IMG/VR virus record: IMGVR_UViG_3300044633_003049
Location: 62,001-126,000 of that record
Length of the DNA stretch: 64,000 nucleotides
Direction: 5' to 3' (one strand)
Below are positions 39,100 to 49,100 of the stretch, piece by piece. The stretch's first letter is position 1, and the number at the start of each line of letters is the position of its first letter. The notes under the pieces were generated by a model. That model was not told where the DNA came from and did no database searches. It worked only from the letters and a program-made list of their open reading frames with translations. Both the position numbers and the translations under genes were made by a program.

Positions 39100-39107
39100 T
39101 ATAAATA
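39100..39107 (-). promoter_or_regulatory. TATTTATA putative phage promoter
   Basis: 6 nt upstream of ATG 39093, downstream of a terminator. Confidence 0.55.
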
Positions 39108-39128
39108 TATTATATTGTCTTTATGGAT

Positions 39129-39158
39129 AAAAAAAGGAGGACTTTTTGAGTCCTCCTT
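39129..39158 (-). terminator. Intrinsic terminator
   Basis: AAGGAGGACT-loop-AGTCCTCCTT followed by a T-run on the minus strand. Confidence 0.85.
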
Positions 39159-39177
39159 GTTAATTTTTATTCTACTT

Positions 39178-42100
39178 TTAGAACGTTCCTCCGTCTATTG
39201 TATCGGTGAAGGTTAACGTTCCGTCAGATGTTTTATAACCTAACATTGATGTAACCGCCACACTTGAAGATGTTGCTGAAATCTCACCAAATACATCAGT
39301 TGAGTTTTTGAATGTTACAGTTGAGGTGTTTGTACCCGCATCTGCACCATTTCCACTTACTTTCAATGTACCCGCTATTACTGTGTTTCCTGATGCTGAT
39401 TCAACTGTGAATTTATCTGTGTTGAATTGTAATGTTGTACCTGAGTAAGTTAATAAACTATCAGTAATTGTATTATCAGCCGATGCGATTGGGAATGTTC
39501 CACTTGTTAAACTTGTTTCACTTCCTAATGTTGCTGCAGTTGTTCCAACTATTTTACTTGAACTATTTGAACCGTTTACAGTTAACCATTTGTTATTAAG
39601 AGAATCCCATAATAATGAACCTGATTGATCCGCTGAACCTGAATCATATCCACTGATACCTGCGTATCTTTGGAATGGTGAGTAAGCGTTTACTAATATG
39701 ATATTATCACCGATTGCTACTGTATTTGATTGTAAACTTACATTTGTTGATGAACCTAATACTTGTAAGTTTCCTGATACAAATAAATCACCACCTAAAC
39801 TTGTTAATGAACCTGAACCAACTGTGAACGCTCCTGTAACACTTGTATTACCTTGTATATTTGTTTTTCCTGTTACAACTAAATCTGAATTAACTGTTAC
39901 ATTTGTTCCATTATCAACTATACTTGAATCTACTAATGTGATTGTTGCTCCTGTTGAATCAAATTTACCAATGTAGTTGTTTGTACCTGTTACTGATACT
40001 GATGTACCTGACGTACCATCTGTACCATTTGAACCACTTGTTCCTGAAGAACCATCAGTACCATTACTACCTGAAGTGCCATCTGTTCCGTTTGAACCAC
40101 TAGTTCCTGAACTACCATCTGTTCCGTTTGAACCACTAGTTCCTGAACTACCATCTGTTCCGTTAGAACCTGAGCTACCGTCCGTACCATTAGAACCACT
40201 AGTTCCTGAACTACCATCTGTACCATTTGATCCTGAACTACCATCTGTTCCGTTAGAACCAGAACTTCCGTCAGTACCATTTGAACCACTTGTTCCTGAA
40301 GAACCGTCGGTGCCATTACTTCCTGATGAACCTGAAGAACCATCTGTACCATTAGAACCTGATGAACCTGATGAACCTGATGAACCATCTGTTCCATTAG
40401 AACCTGATGAACCTGAAGATCCGTCTGTACCATTAGAACCTGATGAACCTGATGAACCATCTGTTCCATTAGAACCTGATGAACCATCTGTACCATTAGA
40501 ACCTGAACTACCATCTGTACCATTTGATCCACTAGAACCTGATGTACCATCAGTACCATTTGACCCACTAGAACCTGATGTACCGTCGGTACCATTACTT
40601 CCTGATGTACCTGAAGTTGCTGCGGTATATGATGTACCATTAATTGTTAAATCACCACCAACTAAATTTATTGATCCTGAAACTAAAACTGAACCAGTGA
40701 ATTGGTGATTATCGTCAGGCGTATCTCCGAATTTAGTTGAACCTGAAGTATATAACACTGAAGATGTTACATAATCAATATGTAATTCTTTAGCAGTTAA
40801 TATACCATTAATGTATGTGTCTCCATTTACTCTGAATGTTCCATCAGATTGAATTGATGCACTTACACTTCCACTTACTATTTTGTTTAATTCTAATCCT
40901 GTAACTCCACTTGCTGGAATGTTATATAATCCACCTCCATCTCCAGTAAATGAACCTGATATTGTTCCAGTTTTTACTGTTAATGAACCTGTTATTTCTA
41001 CATTGTTTGTTGTTCTCCATATTCCAGAACCTAAACTTGTTTCGGCAAATAAACTATCTCCTGATGTACCTGAAGAACCGTCGGTACCATTACTTCCTGA
41101 AGAACCATCAGTACCATTAGAACCTGAACTACCGTCTGTTCCGTTAGAACCTGATGAACCTGAAGAACCATCTGTACCGTTTGACCCACTAGAACCTGAA
41201 GTACCGTCTGTTCCATTAGAACCTGATGAACCTGATGAACCTGAACTACCATCTGTTCCGTTAGACCCAGAACTTCCGTCAGTACCATTTGAACCACTTG
41301 TTCCTGAGGAACCGTCGGTACCATTTGAACCTGAAGAACCATCGGTACCGTTTGACCCACTTGTTCCAGAACTTCCGTCTGTACCATTAGAACCTGATGA
41401 ACCTGAAGAACCGTCAGTTCCGTTTGACCCACTTGTTCCTGAAGAACCATTACCACCAATAGTGGCAATTACCGTACCTGTTTGAGCTTCGTTAAAATAT
41501 ACTTTTAAGTTATTACTATCAATAACGTGAATTTCCGTTGGTATTACAACTTTATCACTACCATCAAACACATTAACCGCTGGATATTTGTATCCTAAAT
41601 TGTGGTTGAATGACCATGTTGTTGATGCTGAACCAATTACTAATGTTTTAGTTTGACCTGAAACAATTACAGCGTTTTCCGCATATACTGCATATGATGC
41701 TGAAGTTGCAAATGATGCTGTACCTGCAAATGATGAGGTAACTGAAGATGTATAAGCGTTAAATGCTGTTTCATCTAATTTACCCGTACCAATTGCTTGA
41801 CCGTTTAATGATATTGAACCTGTAATATTAACACTACCTGTAAATTGATGTGTATCATCTAACGTATCACCAAATCTATTTGAACCTGAAGTAAATAACA
41901 CTGAAGAAGTCACATAATCCATGTGTATTTCTCTTGCTGTTAATATACCATTGATATTAACATCTGAACTAATTGTAACAGTTGTACCATCATCACTAAT
42001 ACTTGAATCTACTAACGTTGTAGTTGCTCCTGTTTGGAATTTACCAATTGTATTGTTTGTACCACTTACAGTTACCGATGTACCTGAAGAACCGTCGGTA

Positions 42101-43560
42101 CCATTACTTCCTGATGAACCTGATGTACCATCTGTTCCGTTTGAACCAGAAGTTCCTGAACTTCCATCGGTACCATTAGAACCACTAGTTCCTGAAGAAC
42201 CATCTGTTCCGTTAGACCCCGATGAACCATCCGTACCATTTGAACCTGAAGAACCATCCGTTCCGTTTGACCCACTAGAACCAGATGTACCATCAGTACC
42301 ATTTGAACCTGAAGTACCTGAAGAACCGTCGGTACCATTAGAACCTGAAGTACCTGAAGTCATTGCTAAGAATGAAACTCCGTTTATTGTTAAATCACCT
42401 TCAGTGATATTAACTGAACCTGAAAGAATATTTATTGATCCTGTAAATTGGTGTGTGTCATCGTTAGTATCTCCGAATTTAGTAGATCCTGAAGTATATA
42501 ATATAGATGAAGTAACATAATCAATATGTAATTCTTTCGCAGTTAATATACCGTTGATGTATGTATCACCGTTTACTCTGAATGTTCCATCAGATTGTAT
42601 AGACGCACTAACTGAACCGCTTACTATTTTATTTAATTCTAATCCTGTAACTCCTGAAGCTGGAATGTTATATAAACCCCCACCATCACCTGTAAATGAA
42701 CCTGATATTGTACCAGTTTTAACAGTTAAAGAGCCTGTAATTTCTACATTATTGGTTGTTGTCCATATTCCAGAACCTAAACTTGTTTCAGCAAACAATG
42801 AATCTCCTGATGTACCTGAAGAACCGTCTGTTCCGTTTGATCCTGAAGAACCATCCGTACCATTAGAACCTGAAGAACCGTCAGTACCATTAGAACCTGA
42901 AGAACCAGAACTTCCGTCTGTTCCGTTTGATCCTGAAGAACCTGAACTACCGTCTGTACCATTAGAACCTGAAGAACCGTCGGTTCCATTACTTCCTGAT
43001 GTGCCTGAAGAACCGTCAGTTCCGTTACTTCCTGATGAACCTGATGTACCATCTGTTCCGTTTGAACCTGAAGTTCCTGAAGTTGCTGCCGTATATGATG
43101 TTCCGTTTATAAATAAACTACCCGTAACATTTAAAGAACCACTTACATTAACTTGACTACCGAATGTTGCGGTTGTACCTGTTAAATTAGTAATTGTTAC
43201 ACCACTGATAGTATTACCTTCAATGTTACCAACTAAATTTAATTTGACATTACCACCCGCACCGTCATTATTTAATATGTATAATTTATTTTCACCACTA
43301 GCGTAGAATGGTGTACCGTCTAATGTTGAACCATACGTTCCCGCAGAAATCGTTGGTGCATTAGCTCCTTGATACATCTTGGACACCGCCTTAAATGCAC
43401 CTGCAACTCCTTCATCTCCAATTGCTGGTGAACCGATAAAGATAAAAGGACCTGATAAGTCATTTATCGAACCGGTTGCGATGATTAATTCACCATTTCT
43501 TGCCGTTGTATTTTTGAGGATTTCTAACGAACCCCTCCTGTGTTTAATAATTTGTGCCAT
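39178..43560 (-). CDS. Long tail fibre (1460 aa) with four Gly-X-Y repeat blocks
   Basis: N-terminal IKHRRG...GELIIAT; GSNGTDGSS repeats; FGDxxDDxHxFTGS modules; C-terminal IDGGTF. Confidence 0.8.
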   Translation of the reverse strand: MAQIIKHRRGSLEILKNTTARNGELIIATGSINDLSGPFIFIGSPAIGDEGVAGAFKAVSKMYQGANAPTISAGTYGSTLDGTPFYASGENKLYILNNDGAGGNVKLNLVGNIEGNTISGVTITNLTGTTATFGSQVNVSGSLNVTGSLFINGTSYTAATSGTSGSNGTDGTSGSSGSNGTDGSSGTSGSNGTDGSSGSNGTDGSSGSSGSNGTDGSSGSSGSNGTDGSSGSNGTDGSSGSNGTDGSSGTSGDSLFAETSLGSGIWTTTNNVEITGSLTVKTGTISGSFTGDGGGLYNIPASGVTGLELNKIVSGSVSASIQSDGTFRVNGDTYINGILTAKELHIDYVTSSILYTSGSTKFGDTNDDTHQFTGSINILSGSVNITEGDLTINGVSFLAMTSGTSGSNGTDGSSGTSGSNGTDGTSGSSGSNGTDGSSGSNGTDGSSGSNGTDGSSGTSGSNGTDGSSGTSGSNGTDGTSGSSGSNGTDGSSGTSVTVSGTNNTIGKFQTGATTTLVDSSISDDGTTVTISSDVNINGILTAREIHMDYVTSSVLFTSGSNRFGDTLDDTHQFTGSVNITGSISLNGQAIGTGKLDETAFNAYTSSVTSSFAGTASFATSASYAVYAENAVIVSGQTKTLVIGSASTTWSFNHNLGYKYPAVNVFDGSDKVVIPTEIHVIDSNNLKVYFNEAQTGTVIATIGGNGSSGTSGSNGTDGSSGSSGSNGTDGSSGTSGSNGTDGSSGSNGTDGSSGTSGSNGTDGSSGSNGTDGSSGSSGSSGSNGTDGTSGSSGSNGTDGSSGSSGSNGTDGSSGSNGTDGSSGSNGTDGSSGTSGDSLFAETSLGSGIWRTTNNVEITGSLTVKTGTISGSFTGDGGGLYNIPASGVTGLELNKIVSGSVSASIQSDGTFRVNGDTYINGILTAKELHIDYVTSSVLYTSGSTKFGDTPDDNHQFTGSVLVSGSINLVGGDLTINGTSYTAATSGTSGSNGTDGTSGSSGSNGTDGTSGSSGSNGTDGSSGSNGTDGSSGSNGTDGSSGSSGSNGTDGSSGSSGSNGTDGSSGSSGSSGSNGTDGSSGSSGSNGTDGSSGTSGSNGTDGSSGSNGTDGSSGSNGTDGSSGTSGSNGTDGSSGSNGTDGSSGTSGSNGTDGSSGTSGSNGTDGTSGSNGTDGSSGTSGSNGTDGTSGTSVSVTGTNNYIGKFDSTGATITLVDSSIVDNGTNVTVNSDLVVTGKTNIQGNTSVTGAFTVGSGSLTSLGGDLFVSGNLQVLGSSTNVSLQSNTVAIGDNIILVNAYSPFQRYAGISGYDSGSADQSGSLLWDSLNNKWLTVNGSNSSSKIVGTTAATLGSETSLTSGTFPIASADNTITDSLLTYSGTTLQFNTDKFTVESASGNTVIAGTLKVSGNGADAGTNTSTVTFKNSTDVFGEISATSSSVAVTSMLGYKTSDGTLTFTDTIDGGTF
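39998..40617 (-). repeat. Longest Gly-X-Y coding repeat (~200 aa)
   Basis: GSNGTDGSS units; coordinates approximate. Confidence 0.9.
41059..41455 (-). repeat. Gly-X-Y coding repeat
   Basis: GSNGTDGSS units; coordinates approximate. Confidence 0.9.
42075..42360 (-). repeat. Gly-X-Y coding repeat
   Basis: GSNGTDGSS units; coordinates approximate. Confidence 0.9.
42805..43083 (-). repeat. Gly-X-Y coding repeat
   Basis: GSNGTDGSS units; coordinates approximate. Confidence 0.9.
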
Positions 43561-43581
43561 CTACTTTGTGTTTGTTTTGTT

Positions 43582-43589
43582 TATAAATA
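43582..43589 (-). promoter_or_regulatory. TATTTATA putative phage promoter
   Basis: 21 nt upstream of ATG 43560. Confidence 0.5.
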
Positions 43590-43661
43590 GTGTATTTTAC
43601 TACATCCACCGAATTATTTCTATTGTTTTTTAATATATTTTTATTATTAATTTGTTTTTTT

Positions 43662-46163
43662 TTAAAATCCTCCCAAATCCATGACACTTCCAGTACCCAT
43701 ATCATATGTTATTACTCTTTGTCCTTGCATTGAAAGTGACGCGGATATCATTTGTGATTGAATTTGAGCTTGCATAATAGCTATTGCTCCTGATACTATT
43801 AATGACTCTCTTAATGGATCCGAAGCAGTTAATATTGTTGTACCATTAACTGTTAGGTCACCATTAATAACAACTGAACCTGATGTACGTAATGAACCAG
43901 TAAACAGATGTAAATCATCTGATGTATCTCCAAACTTAGTCGAACCTGATGAATAAAGAACTGAAGATGTTACATAATTAATATGTAATTCTCTCGCAGT
44001 TAATGTACCGTCAATATTAACATCAGTATTAACTCTTAACGTACCGTCAGCCATTGAAGCACTTACACTTCCACTAATGATTCTATCTAATTGTAATCCT
44101 GTAACTCCTGTAGCTGGAATGTTATATAAACCTGCACCGTCTCCTTTGAAAGATGCGGTAATAAAACCACCATTCTCAATGTATATGTTAGAACCACTTG
44201 TTAATACTAATGACGCACTTTCATTTAATAAAACATTTGCGTCATTAATACCTAATTGAGAAGATATACTTAATGAACCTGTAATTTGGATATCGTTTGT
44301 TGTTGTCCAAACACCTGGTGATGTTTCAGCAAATAATGAATCTCCTGATGTACCTGAAGTTCCGTTAGTACCATTACTTCCACTTGTACCAGAACTTCCG
44401 TCGGTACCGTTAGAACCTGAAGAACCATTTGTACCATCTACTCCTGATATACCTGAAGAACCTGAACTACCATCTGTACCATTACTACCACTTGTTCCCG
44501 AAGAACCATCGGTTCCATTACTTCCACTAGTTCCTGAAGAACCATCTGTTCCGTTGGAACCTGATGAACCAGAACTTCCATCTGTACCATTACTACCCGA
44601 TGAACCATCGGTTCCATTACTTCCTGAAGAACCTGAAGTACCGGAAGAACCATCAGTACCATTACTACCCGATGAACCATCGGTTCCATTACTTCCTGAA
44701 GAACCTGAAGTACCATCCGTACCGTTAGAACCACTTGTACCGGAACTACCATCGGTACCGTTTGAACCTGATGTTCCTGATGTCATTGCGGAGAATGAAA
44801 CTCCGTCTATCGATAAACTACCGCTTACTATGTTAATTGACCCCGAAACAAATACCGAACCTGTAAATTGATGTGTATCATCATGTGTGTCACCAAATTT
44901 GGTTGAACCTGAACTATATAATACTGATGAAGAAACTAATGTAACATTATATTCTTCCGCAGTTAAAACACCTTTAATTTTTACTGAACCCGTAATTTCT
45001 ACATTGTTGGTTGTTGTCCAAAAAGAACCACTATTCGCAAATAAAGAATCTCCTGAGGTTCCCGAACTACCATCAGTTCCATTAGAACCTGAAGTACCGG
45101 AAGAACCATCAGTACCATTACTACCTGAAGTACCATCTGTTCCATTACTTCCTGAAGAACCATCCGTACCGTTACTTCCTGAAGTACCTGAACTACCATC
45201 GGTTCCATTTGAACCACTAGTTCCTGAAGAACCGTCAGTTCCGTTAGAACCTGAACTTCCGTCTGTACCATCTACCCCTGATATACCTGAAGTACCTGAA
45301 GATCCATCGGTACCATTACTACCACTAGTTCCTGAACTACCATCGGTACCATTACTTCCACTTGTACCAGAACTTCCGTCGGTACCGTTAGAACCTGAAG
45401 TTCCGTCTGTACCATTAGAACCTGAAGTACCTGAAGAACCATCGGTTCCGTTTGAACCTGATGAACCACTTGTACCAGAACTACCATCACTACCTGAAGT
45501 ACCTGAAGTACCATCAGCACCACTTGTACCTGATGTACCTGAAGATGATGCTACAGATGTCACTAACGCATCTTTTAATGTTCTACCAACATATTGATAT
45601 GCCGTTATGTAAACATATTTTGTATTATCAGGGGCATCTGCAGTTAAAACAAACTGAAGAACACCCGTTTTATAATCAAATACAAATTTTGTAGGGTCTA
45701 ATTGATCACCGGCAGATGGTGAAGATGAGTTAGTTGAAACAAAAACTTTAACACCATAACCCGCTGGACTGTCTTCCGCGTTGGCGGTAGATAGTGAGGG
45801 GATTGAATATTTTGGTGATATGAAGTTTTTTTGTTGATTGGAATCAATTAATTGAGCATCGATACCTGCCGTAGTACCTGTAGTAAAAAACCAAACTTGG
45901 TTATTCGTACTTGATTTGGTCATCTTGTAACGATAGTAATACTTCATTACTTGTTGACCACCTGAAGAATAAATTGATAAATTGTCTCCACTTGTTCCAA
46001 AAGGAACGCTACTTACTGGTATTAAATCTTGATCTACATAAATCTCATTAGCATTAATATCCAACACCGAAGTGAAAGCTTCTTGAGCATCGGTAAAAGT
46101 TTCGTGTGTGTATCTTCTACTTTGGAGTAACCTTGGGGATTTTTTACTGTTATCTATCGACAT
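43662..46163 (-). CDS. Tail fibre-like structural protein (833 aa) with Gly-X-Y repeats
   Basis: Globular N-terminus (FDYKTGVLQF, YQYVG); two repeat blocks (~45050-45550, ~44340-44785); C-terminal DLGGF. Confidence 0.75.
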   Translation of the reverse strand: MSIDNSKKSPRLLQSRRYTHETFTDAQEAFTSVLDINANEIYVDQDLIPVSSVPFGTSGDNLSIYSSGGQQVMKYYYRYKMTKSSTNNQVWFFTTGTTAGIDAQLIDSNQQKNFISPKYSIPSLSTANAEDSPAGYGVKVFVSTNSSSPSAGDQLDPTKFVFDYKTGVLQFVLTADAPDNTKYVYITAYQYVGRTLKDALVTSVASSSGTSGTSGADGTSGTSGSDGSSGTSGSSGSNGTDGSSGTSGSNGTDGTSGSNGTDGSSGTSGSNGTDGSSGTSGSNGTDGSSGTSGISGVDGTDGSSGSNGTDGSSGTSGSNGTDGSSGTSGSNGTDGSSGSNGTDGTSGSNGTDGSSGTSGSNGTDGSSGTSGDSLFANSGSFWTTTNNVEITGSVKIKGVLTAEEYNVTLVSSSVLYSSGSTKFGDTHDDTHQFTGSVFVSGSINIVSGSLSIDGVSFSAMTSGTSGSNGTDGSSGTSGSNGTDGTSGSSGSNGTDGSSGSNGTDGSSGTSGSSGSNGTDGSSGSNGTDGSSGSSGSNGTDGSSGTSGSNGTDGSSGTSGSNGTDGSSGSSGISGVDGTNGSSGSNGTDGSSGTSGSNGTNGTSGTSGDSLFAETSPGVWTTTNDIQITGSLSISSQLGINDANVLLNESASLVLTSGSNIYIENGGFITASFKGDGAGLYNIPATGVTGLQLDRIISGSVSASMADGTLRVNTDVNIDGTLTARELHINYVTSSVLYSSGSTKFGDTSDDLHLFTGSLRTSGSVVINGDLTVNGTTILTASDPLRESLIVSGAIAIMQAQIQSQMISASLSMQGQRVITYDMGTGSVMDLGGF

Positions 46164-46169
46164 TTCTTA

Positions 46170-49100
46170 TTAACTAAAAGTTGTTGTTATTGATGTTATT
46201 GGCGTTGGGTCCCCCTTGTATCTTACAATTACATAAATATTAGTATATGTAGCGTTTAGTATCATACCATCCGCACTAATTAATGGTATTGTGTATGTAT
46301 TACTTGAAACTGAACTTGTGTTACAACGATTTACGTATATACTTGAACCAAATGGATTTGTTCCGTCAGTATTTGCAGTAATTGTTCCTAAGTTTGTTAA
46401 AGCATTTGATGGGTCAAAAAATCTTGGTGGTGTATATAAACCACTCTTTGTCGATTCAAATAAAATTAATGATGAAACAGAATTACTTGTTGTTGAGTCC
46501 CAATTTACAAGTGCCGTTCCCATGTTTAAAGTCATTGTAAGTTTTACTCCCGCGTTGGTTGTAACTTTTCTAACATAATATTTGTAATCACTTGTATCAC
46601 TTGGATTTTCTAACCAATACTTGTAAGCTCCACCAGGTTTAACTAAGAAACCAGGTTTAACTTGTAAATCGTTTGCACCTAAATTATATAAACCAAATGC
46701 AGTATCCCAAGCTGTTCCTGTGAATGATAAAATATTATCACTTAATTGTATTCTATTGTTTTCACCAAGGAATGGTTCAGAGTTAGATGCCCCACCATTT
46801 GTTGCAGTATCACCTGTTTGTGGTCTACCATAATACGCTAAACTACCACTCGCACTTGGTTGTCCAAATGTACCCGCCGTATGATAAGAAACTGTTGATG
46901 TGTTTGTTGTTGTACTTCCACCTTTATTTAATCCATTTATTTGTAATGAAAAAGATGTTGTACCTAAACCTGTTTGACTTATATTTTCATCAGACGCTGT
47001 AGGTGCAAATGAAGATGTTGTATATACTTTTACAATATCAGTTTCATAAGGAACCGTTCCTGTACTTCTAACAGTTACACCTGTAGAATCATAAACTGCG
47101 TTTGCAGTTTGTATTGTTCCTCCCGCAGTTGATACGGTTAATACTCCACCCGATTCAGTTACTAACGCATCAGAATCTGTAATTGTTGCAATACCCGTAC
47201 CAGCATAATATAAAGGATTAAACAATCCTAATACTGAACCCGATATTGTATATGTTGCCGAACTTAAATAAGGTGCTCCACTCAATGAACGAGACACTGC
47301 GGTTATTCCATTAACACTCACACCACTAAATGTAGGTGTCTGTGCCGGTATGTTTGTTGATATTGTTGTTAATGGTGCGTAAAATATTTCAGTACTACGT
47401 GTTTGTGGTGTTGTATATGTACTTGATCCACTAGCTATTGCAATAGACGACGTTATATGATAATAACCACTTCCACTAATTGCAGTTGCCCCTGCGTTAT
47501 AAATTGCCGGTGAGAAAACCGTTACATATTTACCATCTTGATATGCTGCAGGAATAACAGCAGGATTTGCCGTGTTAATCTTTGCTAATGTAACTCCGTT
47601 AGTTGTACCAGCACCTGTTTGTGTAATGAGTGCCTGTGAACTTGAAGTTGCCGTATCTGTTTTAGAACTATTATCTTTAAATTTAAAGGTGAATGAACCC
47701 GAAACTTTAAATGAAGTTGGAGTTCCACTACTTAATGTACCTAAACCGAATAATTGAGAGTCAACTGATGATGAAACTATTGTAGAACCACCGGCAACAC
47801 TCGTATACGTTTCGTAATATCCTGAATTAGTATAAATTGGAGAAATACCACTGAAGATTGTTGAACCTGTGGTTGCAAAACCTTTACTTTGTAAGTAAGT
47901 AATTGTTGGATTACTTGAGTTTAATGGTATACTACCAACCGTAACCGTTCCCGTCGCATTATTATTAGGGACTGTTGTATATGAACTATATGTTTTTGTA
48001 TTTGGTGCTGCGTCAGGTGCTGAAGATGATAATAAACCAGCAACAAATCTTAATATTTCAGAAACATCTGTATTTTCATTGAAGTTATTAAAATAAGAAC
48101 CATTTAAACTTGATTGCCATGGATTTGATGTTGGAACACCTACGTTGATGTTTTCAGCATGTATTGATTGTGATACCGATAATGCATATTTGTTACTGAC
48201 ACTGCCATCAGGTGAGTTTAATAAAACTTCACTACCTGTAATTTCTTGATTTCCTTTTAGAGTTATTGACCCTGTAACTAAAAGTGAACCTGTAAATAAA
48301 TGTGTATCATTTTGACTGTCACCGAAATTAGTCGAACCGCTCGCATATTGAACGGTCATGTTGGTAACCGACGACGATACTATTAATTCGTTAATGGTTA
48401 ATTTACCATCAATTGTTACGTCATTTTTTGTGTACCAATTTGAACCTGTTAATGCAAATAAACTATCACCAGAAGTTCCTGAAGAACCATCACTACCTGA
48501 AGTACCAATTGCCCCATCTGACCCACTCGTTCCAGACGTTCCTGATGTACCATCTGTTCCATTAGAACCACTCGTTCCTGAAGAACCATCACTACCTGAT
48601 GTTCCATCTGTTCCATTAGAACCACTCGTTCCTGAAGAACCGTCCGTACCATCTACACCAGAAATACCCGATGTACCATCACTACCTGATGTTCCACTTG
48701 AACCGTCGGTACCATTAGAACCTGAAGTGCCATCCGTACCATTAGAACCTGAAGTACCGGAACTACCATTCGTACCATTAGAACCTGATGTACCTGAAGA
48801 ACCATCCGTACCATCACTACCTGAAGTACCTGCCGTACCTGTCAAACCAGGTACACCTAAAGGAATGATTAAAAACTCATCATTATTATTTGGAGTTGTT
48901 CCACCGACTGATAATTGACTAACTGTATATTTTTCATACCCACTATCTAATGGGTCAACAACATCAATTTTTAATAATTTAAATGTTGTTGCGTCCCCTA
49001 CTTTAACTAATTTTAAAATTGTTCCAATAGTTAATCCGTCTAAATAAGATTCAAAATCTTGATTTGGTGAATATGCAACATTATCTATTGAAATACTCGT

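Noticed and set aside
39998-40617. Tandem repeats as a possible CRISPR array or non-coding satellite
   Set aside because: 9-nt degenerate units vary at third codon positions, have no unique spacers and lie in frame within fibre genes
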